NCBI GenBank assembly: GCA_964547345.1
Contig: CAZJMX010000004.1
Span: 5,442 to 69,441 of the forward strand
Origin: an uncultured Smithella sp.
GTDB taxonomy: Bacteria > Desulfobacterota > Syntrophia > Syntrophales > Smithellaceae
Length of the DNA: 64,000 nucleotides
Reading direction: 5' to 3'
This document shows positions 1 to 10,201 of this stretch, piece after piece. The first letter of the stretch is position 1. Each line of letters begins with the position of its first letter. The translations under genes and the position numbers were made by a program. The notes below the pieces were generated by a model. It did not search any database. It saw nothing but the letters and a program-made list of their open reading frames with translations, and was not told where the DNA came from.

Positions 1-2145
1 GATACAGCTGGATGGAATGTCACGCCTGCCCACGCGGCCACGAAGCTGATGCAGTTGCGACAATCCGAAACGCTCCGCGTGTTCAATCACCATCAAGGAT
101 GCGCGCGGCACGTCGATGCCGACTTCGATGACCGTTGTCGCAACGAGAATGGAAATCTGATTGTCCAGAAATTCCCGCATCACCGCGTCTTTTTCTCTAT
201 CCTTCATCTTGCCGTGAATCAGTCCTACCCTGGCATCAGGGAAAATATCCTTTTGCAGATGCTCTGCCATTTTTGTTGCGTCTTTTAAATCCAGATTTTC
301 GGATTGCTCCACCAGCGGATAGACAATAAAGGCCTGATGGCCTTTGGCGATTTCCTTGCCAATAGCGTCATACACTGCCTGCCGCTTGTTTTCGCCCATC
401 AAAACCGTGCGTACCGGTTTTTTGCCGGGTGGCATTTCATCGATTACAGAAACATCCAGATCACCGTAAACGGTCATGGCAAGTGTCCGTGGAATCGGCG
501 TGGCGGTCATCACCAGAACATCCGCGTTAATTCCCTTATTGCGAAGCGTCGCCCGCTGCATCACACCGAAACGGTGCTGCTCATCGATGACGACAAAGCC
601 CAGCTTTTTAAAGTCAACATCATCCTGGATCAGAGCGTGTGTGCCGACAATGATGTCGGCATCGCCTGATTTTATCTGCGCCAAAATGGCGCTGCGGTCG
701 GCATTCGTCATACTGCCGGTGATCAAAACGACGCGAAGGCCGATAGGTTCCGCCCACGCCGACAGCGTCGAAAAATGCTGTTTGGCCAGAATTTCAGTAG
801 GCGCCATCAATGCCGCCTGATAACCGTTTTCGCAAACCGTTATCATGGCCGACATGGCCACCAGTGTTTTCCCGCTCCCCACATCGCCCTGTAAAAGACG
901 ATTCATAGCGCTTGCTGCTTTCAGATCCTTCCGAATTTCAGAAATCACCCTTACTTGAGCGCCGGTTAACTCGAAAGGCAGTGAGGCATAATATTTCTCC
1001 GGTAGATTCCCATCCACTGAAAACGAAATACCCTTATCCAGAATACGGCCGGATTTTTTAATGGCCATGCCCAATTGAAAAAAGAAAAACTCATCATAGA
1101 TCAAACGCCTATGCGCCTCGGAACGGCCGTCCATTAAAGGTTCCATCTGTGCGTCATTCCCGGGAAAATGAACGGTCAGGAGCGCCTCATGGATATTCAG
1201 CAGGTTTCGCTTCCGGCAGATTTCCATGGGAATCGGAGATGAAACATAGCGCGAATAATTTTCCAACGCGCCATACATGATCTTGCGGATGTATTTTTGA
1301 TGCAGGCCTTCCGTTTCGGAATAGACCGGCACGATGCGTTTGAAATTCAGAAGATTTTCTTCGTCTTCTTCGTCCAGAATTTCATAGTCGGGATGAATCA
1401 TGGATTTTCCGGCATAACCGGGGGTGACATTTCCCGTGAAAATCACCCGGGCGCCTTTTTTAAATGCGCCGACCAGATAGGACATCTGGCCTTTAAACCA
1501 TTTTACCGCAAGCGTTGCGGTACCGTCGCTCACGGCGACTTCCAGGATTCTTCTTTTGCCGTAATAGCGAAACTCAGACTGAACCACTGTGGCCATGACG
1601 GTCTGAACTTTGCCTGTTTCGAGTTTATTGATTTTCCGGATTTCACGCCGGTCTTCATACGCTCGCGGCAGAAAATAAAGCAGATCCTCGACCGTTTCGA
1701 TTTTCTTGGCTGCAAAACGGGCCGCCATTTTGGGGCCCACGCCTTTGAGAAACTGCACTGAAACTGCCATTTTTTCCGCACAGAGATGCAGATCAGTTAT
1801 TCTTTCGGCAATCTGTTCTTCGAGCTGCGGGGAGATCGTCTTATGCGCGTCGTACGTTTCCGTCCAAGTCTTTAGTTGATCGAGCAAAGATGCGGCTTGA
1901 GCAATCTTTAGTTTTTTTCCGGAAAGGTCCTGCGCATCGTAGTCTGAAAAAATCGCAAGCAACCGGTTAAGCGTCGCTTCAAACTCGGATTTTAATAAAG
2001 CGGGAAGTGATGAAACGATAGAAGGAATCAAACCGCACAGTGTTTTCCCCAAATCTTTGATATGGGGAATGTTTTTGTATTCGTCTTTGGCTGCAAACCG
2101 GACGGGTTGTTCTATTTTTTTCAGATTTACTTTAAATGTCTCCAT
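1..2145 (-). CDS. recG: ATP-dependent DNA helicase RecG (C-terminal end lies beyond window start)
   Basis: The minus-strand frame is open from ATG at 2145 to base 1 (715 codons). It is absent from the ORF track because there is no stop inside the window. My own translation shows GDVGSGKT (Walker A), VIDEQHRFGV (DEQH box), MTATPIPRT and LHQLRGRVGR. Confidence 0.9.
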   Translation of the reverse strand, partial: METFKVNLKKIEQPVRFAAKDEYKNIPHIKDLGKTLCGLIPSIVSSLPALLKSEFEATLNRLLAIFSDYDAQDLSGKKLKIAQAASLLDQLKTWTETYDAHKTISPQLEEQIAERITDLHLCAEKMAVSVQFLKGVGPKMAARFAAKKIETVEDLLYFLPRAYEDRREIRKINKLETGKVQTVMATVVQSEFRYYGKRRILEVAVSDGTATLAVKWFKGQMSYLVGAFKKGARVIFTGNVTPGYAGKSMIHPDYEILDEEDEENLLNFKRIVPVYSETEGLHQKYIRKIMYGALENYSRYVSSPIPMEICRKRNLLNIHEALLTVHFPGNDAQMEPLMDGRSEAHRRLIYDEFFFFQLGMAIKKSGRILDKGISFSVDGNLPEKYYASLPFELTGAQVRVISEIRKDLKAASAMNRLLQGDVGSGKTLVAMSAMITVCENGYQAALMAPTEILAKQHFSTLSAWAEPIGLRVVLITGSMTNADRSAILAQIKSGDADIIVGTHALIQDDVDFKKLGFVVIDEQHRFGVMQRATLRNKGINADVLVMTATPIPRTLAMTVYGDLDVSVIDEMPPGKKPVRTVLMGENKRQAVYDAIGKEIAKGHQAFIVYPLVEQSENLDLKDATKMAEHLQKDIFPDARVGLIHGKMKDREKDAVMREFLDNQISILVATTVIEVGIDVPRASLMVIEHAERFGLSQLHQLRGRVGRRDIPSSCI

Positions 2146-2313
2146 TTACGCTCCGGGACGTCTGGCCGCCAGCTGGATAATTTCCTTGAAATTGCAGGCA
2201 TTTGTTAACAAATAATTCCTGATTGCGCAAGTCAATGATTGACACAACTGCTGATTTACGTTAGAGGAACCAATCTGAAATACTTAAAGAAATAATCTTT
2301 TATATGGAGTCCT

Positions 2314-3372
2314 ATGGTAATAAAATCCTCAAAATCCACTTATAAGGATGCAGGCGTCAATATCGATACCGCCAATGAATTTGTGGAACGCATCAAGCCC
2401 CTGATCAAAACCACCGCGCGTAAGGAAGTTATTTCCGGCATCGGCGGTTTCGGGGGATTGTTTCGTTTCGACGCGGCCAAAATGAAAAATCCTATTTTGG
2501 TTTCTTCCACTGACGGCGTGGGCACAAAACTCAAAATCGCGCAACTCATGGACAAGCACGACACCATCGGCATCGATCTGGTGGCCATGTCGGTAAACGA
2601 TGTTATCGTCCAGGGAGCGGAACCATTATTCTTTCTGGATTATCTGGCCACAGGGAAAATCGAACTGGAAAAGAGCGTGCAGATTGTGGACGGAATCGTC
2701 GCCGGCTGCAAGCAGGCGGGTTGCACGCTCCTGGGTGGGGAAACAGCTGAAATGCCGGGATTCTATCCACCCGGAGAATACGATCTGGCCGGATTCTGCG
2801 TGGGTGTCGTTGAGCAGGATAAACTCATCGACGGTTCCACCATCAGCATCAATGACCGGATCATCGGACTGGCGGCAAGCGGCCTGCACAGCAACGGCTT
2901 TTCTCTGGCACGCAAGGTGCTTTTGGAAAAAGGCAAACTCTCGATGAATGATACGCTGCCCGAACTTAATAAATCAGTCGGTCTGGAACTCCTGGAGCCC
3001 ACGCGTATTTACGTCAAATCGCTTCTGAATATTTTCAAAAACTTCAACGTCAAAGGGCTGGTCCATATCACCGGTGGCGGTTTTTACGACAATATCCCCC
3101 GCATCATTCCGGATGTCTGCCGGGCGGTCATCACCAACAATAGTTGGGAGATTCCTCCGATTTTCTCCGTCATTCAAAATATCGGCGGCGTGGAAGAAAA
3201 AGAAATGTTCCGCGTTTTCAACATGGGCATCGGCATGATGATGATTGCCTCGGAAAAAGAATCTCAGGAAATTATCGAACGGCTGAATGTATTGGGAGAA
3301 AAGGCTTACCTGATCGGCGTCGTCGAAAAAAAGGAAGGAAAGCAGGATTCCGTTTGCTTCGCGGATCGCTAA
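2314..3372 (+). CDS. purM: phosphoribosylformylglycinamidine cyclo-ligase (AIR synthetase)
   Basis: 352-aa ORF with PurM motifs GGFGGLF, DGVGTKLK and GGETAEMPG. It is followed directly by purN. Confidence 0.95.
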   Translation: MVIKSSKSTYKDAGVNIDTANEFVERIKPLIKTTARKEVISGIGGFGGLFRFDAAKMKNPILVSSTDGVGTKLKIAQLMDKHDTIGIDLVAMSVNDVIVQGAEPLFFLDYLATGKIELEKSVQIVDGIVAGCKQAGCTLLGGETAEMPGFYPPGEYDLAGFCVGVVEQDKLIDGSTISINDRIIGLAASGLHSNGFSLARKVLLEKGKLSMNDTLPELNKSVGLELLEPTRIYVKSLLNIFKNFNVKGLVHITGGGFYDNIPRIIPDVCRAVITNNSWEIPPIFSVIQNIGGVEEKEMFRVFNMGIGMMMIASEKESQEIIERLNVLGEKAYLIGVVEKKEGKQDSVCFADR

Positions 3373-3382
3373 CGGCAGGTCT

Positions 3383-4045
3383 ATGGCTGAACTTTTAAAA
3401 TTGGGTGTTTTGATATCGGGCGGCGGCTCAAATCTCCAATCCATTATCGATCATATTCAAAACGGATCGCTTTGCGCCGAGATCAAAATCGTCATCAGCA
3501 ATAATCCGCAGGCCTACGGCCTCACCCGTGCAAAGAAGTTCGGCATCCCATGCGCCGTCTTCAATCATAAGGACTTTTCCGGCCGCGAGGAATTCGACGG
3601 CGAACTGATCCGGACGCTGAAAGAGGCAAACGTCGATTTAATCGTTCTAGCCGGGTTCATGCGGATTCTGACCTCGTCATTTTTGGCGGCGTTTCCGGAG
3701 AAAATCATCAATATCCACCCTGCCCTGCTTCCCGCGTTTCCGGGCACGCATGTACAGCAACAAGCCCTGGACTATGGCGTAAAATTTTCCGGTTGTACGG
3801 TTCATTTTGTGGATGAAGGCGTGGATACCGGTCCCATCATTATTCAAGCCATTGTACCCGTGCACCTCAATGACACGGCGGAAACGCTCGCTTTGCGCAT
3901 TCTCAAAGAAGAACACAAGATTTATCCGCAGGCCATCCGTTATTTCGCGGAAGGCAGACTTACCAAAAAAGGCCGTCATGTCGTCATTACGGAGACCGGT
4001 ATCCCTGAAACGGCGATGCACAATCCGCCTCTGGACGGACGTTAA
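3383..4045 (+). CDS. purN: phosphoribosylglycinamide formyltransferase
   Basis: 220-aa ORF with VLISGGGSNLQSIID, NIHPALLPAF and FSGCTVHFVDEGVDTGPII (formyl-transferase core). Confidence 0.93.
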   Translation: MAELLKLGVLISGGGSNLQSIIDHIQNGSLCAEIKIVISNNPQAYGLTRAKKFGIPCAVFNHKDFSGREEFDGELIRTLKEANVDLIVLAGFMRILTSSFLAAFPEKIINIHPALLPAFPGTHVQQQALDYGVKFSGCTVHFVDEGVDTGPIIIQAIVPVHLNDTAETLALRILKEEHKIYPQAIRYFAEGRLTKKGRHVVITETGIPETAMHNPPLDGR

Positions 4046-4083
4046 ACGTTTTGCACCACCACTTCCCGTGGAGATAGTGGCTC

Positions 4084-5535
4084 ATGTATGATCTGATTGT
4101 CATAGGCGATGACCTGTCTTCCCATGTTGCCGCGGCATACGCCTGCCAAAACGGCATGAATACCTTGTTGATCGCGGAGACCGGCCTGGGTGGATTGCAG
4201 TTAATCGGCGATTTTGTCTTTCCTGTCGATCCAACACCGATGACCGGCCTGGGGCCGGAACAACTGGGTCGTGGCGTTCTTTCTGAACTGGGCGTGACAT
4301 GGCCGGAAGACGAATCCTCATCGATCAATCCCGCATATCAGGTTATCCTGCCTGAACATCGCATTGATTTTTTCAATAACTCCGATGCGCTTTTTTCGGA
4401 ACTGGCCCGCGAGTTTCCGGAACATGATGAGGACATTCGCGATTTCTATGCGATCGCGCAAAACGCTTCATCCGTATTGCACAACTGGATGTCCGTGCAT
4501 CCGCAAATTCAGCCCCGCAGCATTCAGGACTATTTTTCTTACCTGAAAATATATCCTCATGTATTCCGCTATAAATTCGGCGCGGCGAAATTTGATAAAA
4601 TTCTTTCGCAAAATCCGGCGCTGGAAAAAGCCTGGGAAGCGCAGTATGCCCTTTTGGCCTGTAATCAGTCTGATTTGTTTTCTTTCGGATCAGCCTTTCA
4701 GTACTCGGCGCCGCTGCGTGGTGTTTCCTTTCTTTCTCAAGGCAAACAATTCCTGTTTAACGAAATGATCAAAAAGATTGAATCGTGTAAGGGATTATAT
4801 CTGAACCAGCATGAAGTCCTGTCGATTTCCAAAGGCAAAACGATTGAACTCGAAATGAAGGCAAAAGACGGGTCAACGTCCAAAGTATCCGGTCACAATC
4901 TGATCATCAGCACCAAATCGGATAAAGTGATGAAACTTTCCGACAAGCCCATTAATTTGTCCGATCAGATGCGCCCGGCCAAAATCGTGTATTATCCTTT
5001 TACGCTTTTTCTGGGCGTTGCCGGAAAATGCCTGCCCGAACAAATGACACCACATATCGCCGTCGTCCCGGACGTCAATAAAAGCCTCTTTGACGACAAT
5101 CTGATCATTCTGGAGACAGGTGTGCCGGATAAAAACCGGCAAATGGGTGATGCCAAAACGTCGCTTACGGCCACTATATTTCTTTCGCCCGATCCGGAAA
5201 ACTGGAAATGGGATGCGCTTAAAAACAAAGCCCGCGACGCGATTGCAAGGCTGGAATTCTTTTTACCCTTTTTAAAAGATAACATTGAGCTCAATAACAT
5301 CGACCAGTCGATTGACATTTCGATTGCCTATCGAAGCGTCGTCACCCCTAAATATGAAGTGCGCAACGCATTATTGACATCTTTTGCCGCCAAAACCAAC
5401 AAAACAAGGTTTGGCAATATTTTTCTGACCGGAGCATCCCTCCTGACCGATGCCGGTTTTGACGCAGAGATTCTCTCCGGTAAAAATGCCGCGATGCAGG
5501 TCATTCAAAAAAGGAAAGCTTCCCATGACACCTGA
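4084..5535 (+). CDS. phytoene-desaturase (CrtI)-like oxidoreductase-family protein with degenerate dinucleotide-binding motif
   Basis: 483-aa ORF. The N-terminus YDLIVIGDDLSSHVAAAYACQNGMNTLLIAE has the shape of a Rossmann beta-alpha-beta, but GxGxxG reads GDDLSS. The stop overlaps the pfk start. Confidence 0.45.
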   Translation: MYDLIVIGDDLSSHVAAAYACQNGMNTLLIAETGLGGLQLIGDFVFPVDPTPMTGLGPEQLGRGVLSELGVTWPEDESSSINPAYQVILPEHRIDFFNNSDALFSELAREFPEHDEDIRDFYAIAQNASSVLHNWMSVHPQIQPRSIQDYFSYLKIYPHVFRYKFGAAKFDKILSQNPALEKAWEAQYALLACNQSDLFSFGSAFQYSAPLRGVSFLSQGKQFLFNEMIKKIESCKGLYLNQHEVLSISKGKTIELEMKAKDGSTSKVSGHNLIISTKSDKVMKLSDKPINLSDQMRPAKIVYYPFTLFLGVAGKCLPEQMTPHIAVVPDVNKSLFDDNLIILETGVPDKNRQMGDAKTSLTATIFLSPDPENWKWDALKNKARDAIARLEFFLPFLKDNIELNNIDQSIDISIAYRSVVTPKYEVRNALLTSFAAKTNKTRFGNIFLTGASLLTDAGFDAEILSGKNAAMQVIQKRKASHDT

Positions 5536-6820
5536 TTTTACCATTTCCAGTCTCGGTTTGTGCCGGATCGACTCCCCTCTGAATATCAGCCATTTCATTT
5601 CCAGTGACGACCGGATTTTATTTAACACCCGTCCGGATAACTTTGATCACTTGAGAGATGAGGCGGGGCGGCCGCTGTCCGTGGAATCCGCAGGCCCCCG
5701 GAAAATAATCTATTTCGATCCCGCAAAGACGAAGGCGGCCATTGTCACCTGCGGCGGGCTGTGTCCCGGCATTAACGACGTCATCCGTTCCGTTACCATG
5801 GCGCTATTTTATCGTTATGGCGTGAAAAACATCCTGGGTATTCCCTATGGACTGCGCGGCCTGAATCCGGCGTTCGGACATCAACCCGTTGAACTGACGC
5901 CCGACTACGTCAAAGACATTACCAGCATCGGCGGCAGTATCCTGTCCACCTCACGCGGGCCGCAAGACGCGGCGGTGATGGTTGATTACCTTGAGCGTCT
6001 GAAAGTCAATATTCTTTTCTGCGTCGGCGGCGACGGCACGATGCGGGCGGCGGAAAAACTGACGTCTGAAATTACCGCAAGGCATTTGAAAATCGCCATC
6101 ATCGGCATTCCCAAGACCATCGACAACGACCTCAACTTGATTGAAAAATCGTTTGGTTTTGATACCGCCATCGAAAAAACGGTAGAGGCTGTGCGTAGCG
6201 CCCATGTGGAAGCCAAAGGCGCGCTAAACGGTATCGGTCTGGTTAAAATCATGGGGCGGCTATCCGGCTACATCACGGCCACGGCAGCCCTTGCGCAGGG
6301 GGACGCCAACTTTGTGCTGATTCCCGAGGTGCCGTTTGGTCTGGAAGGAGAACAGGGATTTCTAAAAGCCCTGGAAGCAAGAGTTAAAGATCGGGGGCAT
6401 GCTGTCATACTGGTTGCTGAAGGCGCAGGTCAGAATCTTTTACAGGAAAATCATACTGAACAAAAAACAGATGCCTCGGGCAACATCCGCCTGCAGGATA
6501 TCGGCCTGTTTCTGAAACAAACCATTGAAAAACATTTCCGGGAGATTCGTCTGGAAATCAATTTGAAATATATTGAACCGAGTTACCTGATCCGTTCCGT
6601 TCCGGCCAACGCCTCGGACAGCATTTATTGCAGCTCGCTGGGGCAATACTCCGTTCACGCGGCGATGGCGGGAAAAACCGGCCTTTTGGTCGCTCTGCGC
6701 AAAGATGAGTACGTTCACCTGCCGCTTTCCGCCGCAATTTCCGGCAGACAAATAGATCCCGAAGGCAACGTCTGGATGAGAGTCCTGGAAACAACGGGAC
6801 AGCCGGCGAAAATGCAGTAA
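5525..6820 (+). CDS. pfkA: 6-phosphofructokinase, PfkA family (ATP- or PPi-dependent not resolvable by eye)
   Basis: Motifs CGGLCPGINDVIR, GGDGTMRAA and PKTIDNDL. The track ORF starts at 5450. I prefer ATG 5525 (MTPDF...), which overlaps the upstream stop by 11 nt. Gly in GGDG combined with Lys in PKTIDND is a mixed signature. Confidence 0.88.
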   Translation: MTPDFTISSLGLCRIDSPLNISHFISSDDRILFNTRPDNFDHLRDEAGRPLSVESAGPRKIIYFDPAKTKAAIVTCGGLCPGINDVIRSVTMALFYRYGVKNILGIPYGLRGLNPAFGHQPVELTPDYVKDITSIGGSILSTSRGPQDAAVMVDYLERLKVNILFCVGGDGTMRAAEKLTSEITARHLKIAIIGIPKTIDNDLNLIEKSFGFDTAIEKTVEAVRSAHVEAKGALNGIGLVKIMGRLSGYITATAALAQGDANFVLIPEVPFGLEGEQGFLKALEARVKDRGHAVILVAEGAGQNLLQENHTEQKTDASGNIRLQDIGLFLKQTIEKHFREIRLEINLKYIEPSYLIRSVPANASDSIYCSSLGQYSVHAAMAGKTGLLVALRKDEYVHLPLSAAISGRQIDPEGNVWMRVLETTGQPAKMQ

Positions 6821-6908
6821 ATATATTTTCATCATATTGCAAAAAATGCTTGCAAAATAATGGATTATGTCTTAGTAACCACCCACATTTTTATGAAGGA
6901 GTTTAATC

Positions 6909-7106
6909 ATGTCTCGTATATGTGCAGTTTGTGGTAAGAAACCGTCGATCGGAAATAATGTTAGCCATGCCAACAACAAAAGCCGGACCACCTGGCGTCC
7001 GAATCTTCAGAAATTACGATGTGTTGATGAAAAAACAGGAGCTGTCAAGAGAGTGAAAGCCTGCACGCGCTGCATCCGCTCCGGCTTTGTGAAAAAGGCC
7101 AGCTAA
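6909..7106 (+). CDS. rpmB: 50S ribosomal protein L28
   Basis: 65 aa, [39 protein letters not shown] lies 8 nt upstream of the ATG. Confidence 0.95.
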   Translation: MSRICAVCGKKPSIGNNVSHANNKSRTTWRPNLQKLRCVDEKTGAVKRVKACTRCIRSGFVKKAS

Positions 7107-7891
7107 TCGGTTGGCTGCCAGCCGCTGTTTCGGACGGCATCAAAAATGTCCTTAAGAAATTCTTCATTTTCGATGGAATTCAAGGCGTCGTGAAACAAGG
7201 TTGAAATGGCTTCCTGAAACATTTCATTTTTATTTCTCAGGCCGAATTTGTCCGTAAAAAGACGAATTCGGCCTTCGATATTCATAATCCGATCCATTCT
7301 TTCTTTTGTGATGTAGGATGACGCGTTTTTCAGCACATCGCGCGCTGCATCCTTTTCGATGCCGTAAAGCCAGGACATATTCTCACAAAATTCCGCCTCC
7401 CGGCTCTCTATCGTGAACGAAATCGCCTCTTCCAGAAGTTCAATGGATTTATTCGCTTGAAGACGCGCCAGAATCACCAGGTCATAAATCATTTCGATGA
7501 TCAGGTGCGAACGGTACGCCGCCTCGTTATAGGATATGTCTTTGTCGATGAGTTTATGTAAATCCAAAATGGAGTTGATGAGTGAACGTCCTTTGACATA
7601 CGTGTAGCCTGCGGAATTCGGATCAAAACCTTCCTGACATGCAAGAGAGATTTTTCCGTAATGAGCCAGATCGTCCACCAGCAGGTGAAACATGACGTAA
7701 GCCGTCCGGGGATGCTCAGGGGGTGCTTCAAAAAATCTTTTGATGGAATGGGTTTGATTGGAATGAATGTCGGGATGAATGGTCAGCAAGTCGGGGGCAA
7801 TGTTGTAAATATAAATATCCGGTGTGGTTGCTTTGATGGCGGATGCACCCATGATTTGCTGCAGCAAATAGGTGTGGGTCAACATCAACAT
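7103..7891 (-). CDS. hypothetical protein (His/Asp-rich N-terminal half, possible metal-dependent hydrolase fold)
   Basis: 262-aa ORF. The start overlaps the DUF4911-like gene stop by 7 nt. I recognise no motif with confidence. Confidence 0.3.
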   Translation of the reverse strand: MLMLTHTYLLQQIMGASAIKATTPDIYIYNIAPDLLTIHPDIHSNQTHSIKRFFEAPPEHPRTAYVMFHLLVDDLAHYGKISLACQEGFDPNSAGYTYVKGRSLINSILDLHKLIDKDISYNEAAYRSHLIIEMIYDLVILARLQANKSIELLEEAISFTIESREAEFCENMSWLYGIEKDAARDVLKNASSYITKERMDRIMNIEGRIRLFTDKFGLRNKNEMFQEAISTLFHDALNSIENEEFLKDIFDAVRNSGWQPTD

Positions 7892-8121
7892 AAAAACCCC
7901 TGAGTGTCACCGGGTGGTATTTCAGCCAGATCAAAGCGCCGTTGCAAGTCTTCCAGAAGTTGCAGGGTGTCTTCCAAAAAATCCGGCATGATCAAAACCT
8001 GGATGATGGCCGCTTTCGGGTCGATGGTGGAAACGGTGGCCAGTCCTTCGTATCCTTCGATAATAAATTGAACAAGGGTGATGTCACTTGTTTTCAACCT
8101 ATACCATTTTCTTATCATCAT
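7885..8121 (-). CDS. DUF4911-like small protein
   Basis: 78 aa. FIIEGYEGLATVSTID matches, from my memory, the DUF4911 signature (F-I-L-E-G-Y-x-G-L). It is translationally coupled to the downstream ORF. Confidence 0.55.
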   Translation of the reverse strand: MMIRKWYRLKTSDITLVQFIIEGYEGLATVSTIDPKAAIIQVLIMPDFLEDTLQLLEDLQRRFDLAEIPPGDTQGFLC

Positions 8122-8222
8122 TGGTTTTTAAATTACCACCAATTAACTCAAAGATCAAGAAACAATGGGTATTTGACTACATTGGACAAAGCATGTATGC
8201 TTGATTCTCAAGGAGAAAGAAT

Positions 8223-10136
8223 ATGAAAAGACGGTTGTTTTTTATTTTTTGCGCCATTTTGTTTTGTGTTTCCTGTTCGACAACGTCTCAGTTTAAAAGC
8301 ATCACAGCAGGCAACATCGGTGAATATCTAAAACAGACGCCCCAGGCGGCGGAGTTTCCGGATGCGGGCGCGAGTCTCCTGCATTCTTATGCGTATGTGG
8401 AATTTTTCAAGGACGGCACCAGTGTCATGAGGCACGTGGAACGCTACAAAATATTCAACGAACGCGGACGTAAACATGCCACCAAAACAATATCCTATCG
8501 CGAAGGCTATCAGAGTGCTTCCATTCTCTTTGCCAATACGATCAAGGCCAACGGACAGGTTGTGCCTCTGGCAGCGCAGGATATCTTTGACGGTACGCAA
8601 TACGCGGGATATGATTTCTACACGGATATCAAACACAAGCGTTTCACCATGCCGGCGGTCGAAGACGGTTGTGTCGTTGAATACGCTTCCGAAATTAAAA
8701 ATATCAAGCCGTCGTTCGGCTTTGACTATTCCACAATTTTTCTTTGCCGCAATTTGTACCCGATGGAAGAAGATATTCTGGAGGTGGTTTTACCTGCGGA
8801 TAAAGAATTGAACTTCAAAGCCTATAACACCGATCTTGCGCCAAAGATCATCATCGAAGGCGATAAAAAAAGATATGTGTTCACCAATCTCAAACAAAAA
8901 TCTGTGATCCCCGAACCGCGTATGCCGTCTCTTTTGGACCGAGATACCTTTCCCCAGGTCTGGATCTGGACGATGAAGGACTGGAAGGCAATATCCTCCT
9001 GGTATATCCGCCTGGTCAGTGAACAGATGCAGTCAAATCGGGAACTGGAGTCCTTCACCCGACAACTCATTGAGGGCAAAAAAACAAAAGAAGAGAAAAT
9101 CAGCGCGATTTTTAATTTTGTTTCTCAAAACATCCGCTACATCGCCGTCCTTTTGGGCCCCCACACACACAAGCCGCATGTCGCCTATGAGGTTTTCCAG
9201 AAGCGATACGGCGACTGCAAGGATAAAACCGTCCTGCTCCTGACGATGCTGAAAATTGCCGGCATTGAAGGTCAGCCGGCGCTGGTTCCTTCGCATCGGG
9301 AGTATTTCGATGAAAACATGCCGTCGCTTGGCGCGTTCAATCATGTCATTGCCGCAGTACCCAACGGAAAAGAATTCTTCTGGCTGGATGCAACCAATGA
9401 GGTGGCTGCTTATGATTCTGCGCCTTTCAGCCGACCGACCACCGTGTTTCTGATTAACGCCGACGGTTCCTACCGGTTTTTGCAACCCCCGGCGCCAAAT
9501 GATAAAAAAGACTATTCGACGTCCACGGTTTCGCTTAAGATTGATGAAGAAGGCAATGCCGATGTTAACTTCCACTACACCTATTTCGGGAAAGCTGCGG
9601 AAGCGATTCGCTATATTTACAAATATATGCCACCGGAGCAAAGAAAAAAATCTTTTGAAAAAAGAGGGATAGAGGTTTTGGACCTGGAAATCGGCGGTTT
9701 TGCCGAAACCGAAAGCCCCTTTTTCATAAGACTCAAAGGCAAGTTGAAAAATCTGGCACAGGTGGTCGATCCGGATACGATGATTTTATCCAATGTGATT
9801 CATCTGGATGCGTATCGTGATATTACAGCCGCAAGCACAAGGCTTTATCCGGTTGTTCTTCATCCATCCTTTTACACGAAGGAAACGTTTCGCTACATCT
9901 TTCCTGTCGGATTTTCAGTCAGAAGAATCCCTAAACCATTTTTTTCCGACCAACCGCATAACATCCGCAAGGAAACCTTCACGATGCAAGGCTCTGTTTT
10001 TGAGGTTTACGTAGAGAATTCCAACCGGGAATGCAAAATTAACCGCACGGATATGGATGTTTTCAAAAAATACGCACTGGAATTGCAAAAGCACGAGACG
10101 GCGCTGAAAAACATAATACTGGAAAGAAAACAATGA
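8223..10136 (+). CDS. secreted transglutaminase-like protein (DUF3857-like N-terminal domain + transglutaminase core)
   Basis: 637 aa. Signal peptide MKRRLFFIFCAILFCVSCS. Cys-protease/transglutaminase core YGDCKDKTVLLLTMLKIAGIEG with downstream FNHVIA and WLDAT. Confidence 0.75.
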   Translation: MKRRLFFIFCAILFCVSCSTTSQFKSITAGNIGEYLKQTPQAAEFPDAGASLLHSYAYVEFFKDGTSVMRHVERYKIFNERGRKHATKTISYREGYQSASILFANTIKANGQVVPLAAQDIFDGTQYAGYDFYTDIKHKRFTMPAVEDGCVVEYASEIKNIKPSFGFDYSTIFLCRNLYPMEEDILEVVLPADKELNFKAYNTDLAPKIIIEGDKKRYVFTNLKQKSVIPEPRMPSLLDRDTFPQVWIWTMKDWKAISSWYIRLVSEQMQSNRELESFTRQLIEGKKTKEEKISAIFNFVSQNIRYIAVLLGPHTHKPHVAYEVFQKRYGDCKDKTVLLLTMLKIAGIEGQPALVPSHREYFDENMPSLGAFNHVIAAVPNGKEFFWLDATNEVAAYDSAPFSRPTTVFLINADGSYRFLQPPAPNDKKDYSTSTVSLKIDEEGNADVNFHYTYFGKAAEAIRYIYKYMPPEQRKKSFEKRGIEVLDLEIGGFAETESPFFIRLKGKLKNLAQVVDPDTMILSNVIHLDAYRDITAASTRLYPVVLHPSFYTKETFRYIFPVGFSVRRIPKPFFSDQPHNIRKETFTMQGSVFEVYVENSNRECKINRTDMDVFKKYALELQKHETALKNIILERKQ

Positions 10137-10140
10137 GAGC

Positions 10141-10168
10141 TTGACATAAACTGCGACCTTGATATGAT
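10141..10168 (+). promoter_or_regulatory. sigma70-like promoter candidate for recJ
   Basis: TTGACA (10141-10146), 16-nt spacer, TATGAT (10163-10168), 34 nt before the recJ ATG. Confidence 0.35.
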
Positions 10169-10201
10169 GATCGCAGAATAAATAATCTCAAAGAAGAATA
10201 C

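Noticed and set aside
2906-2920. TGGCAC-N5-GTGC, a sigma54-like motif
   Set aside because: It lies in the middle of the purM coding sequence, the -12 element is imperfect, and no downstream gene start is served.
5450-5524. N-terminal 25-codon extension of the pfk ORF
   Set aside because: It overlaps the end of the upstream CrtI-like gene in another frame and adds a basic, non-homologous peptide. ATG 5525 gives a normal PfkA-family N-terminus.
8189-8202. AAGCAT-GT-ATGCTT palindrome overlapping the putative -10 of the transglutaminase-like gene
   Set aside because: A short 6-bp-arm palindrome is common by chance, and it cannot be tied to a regulator.
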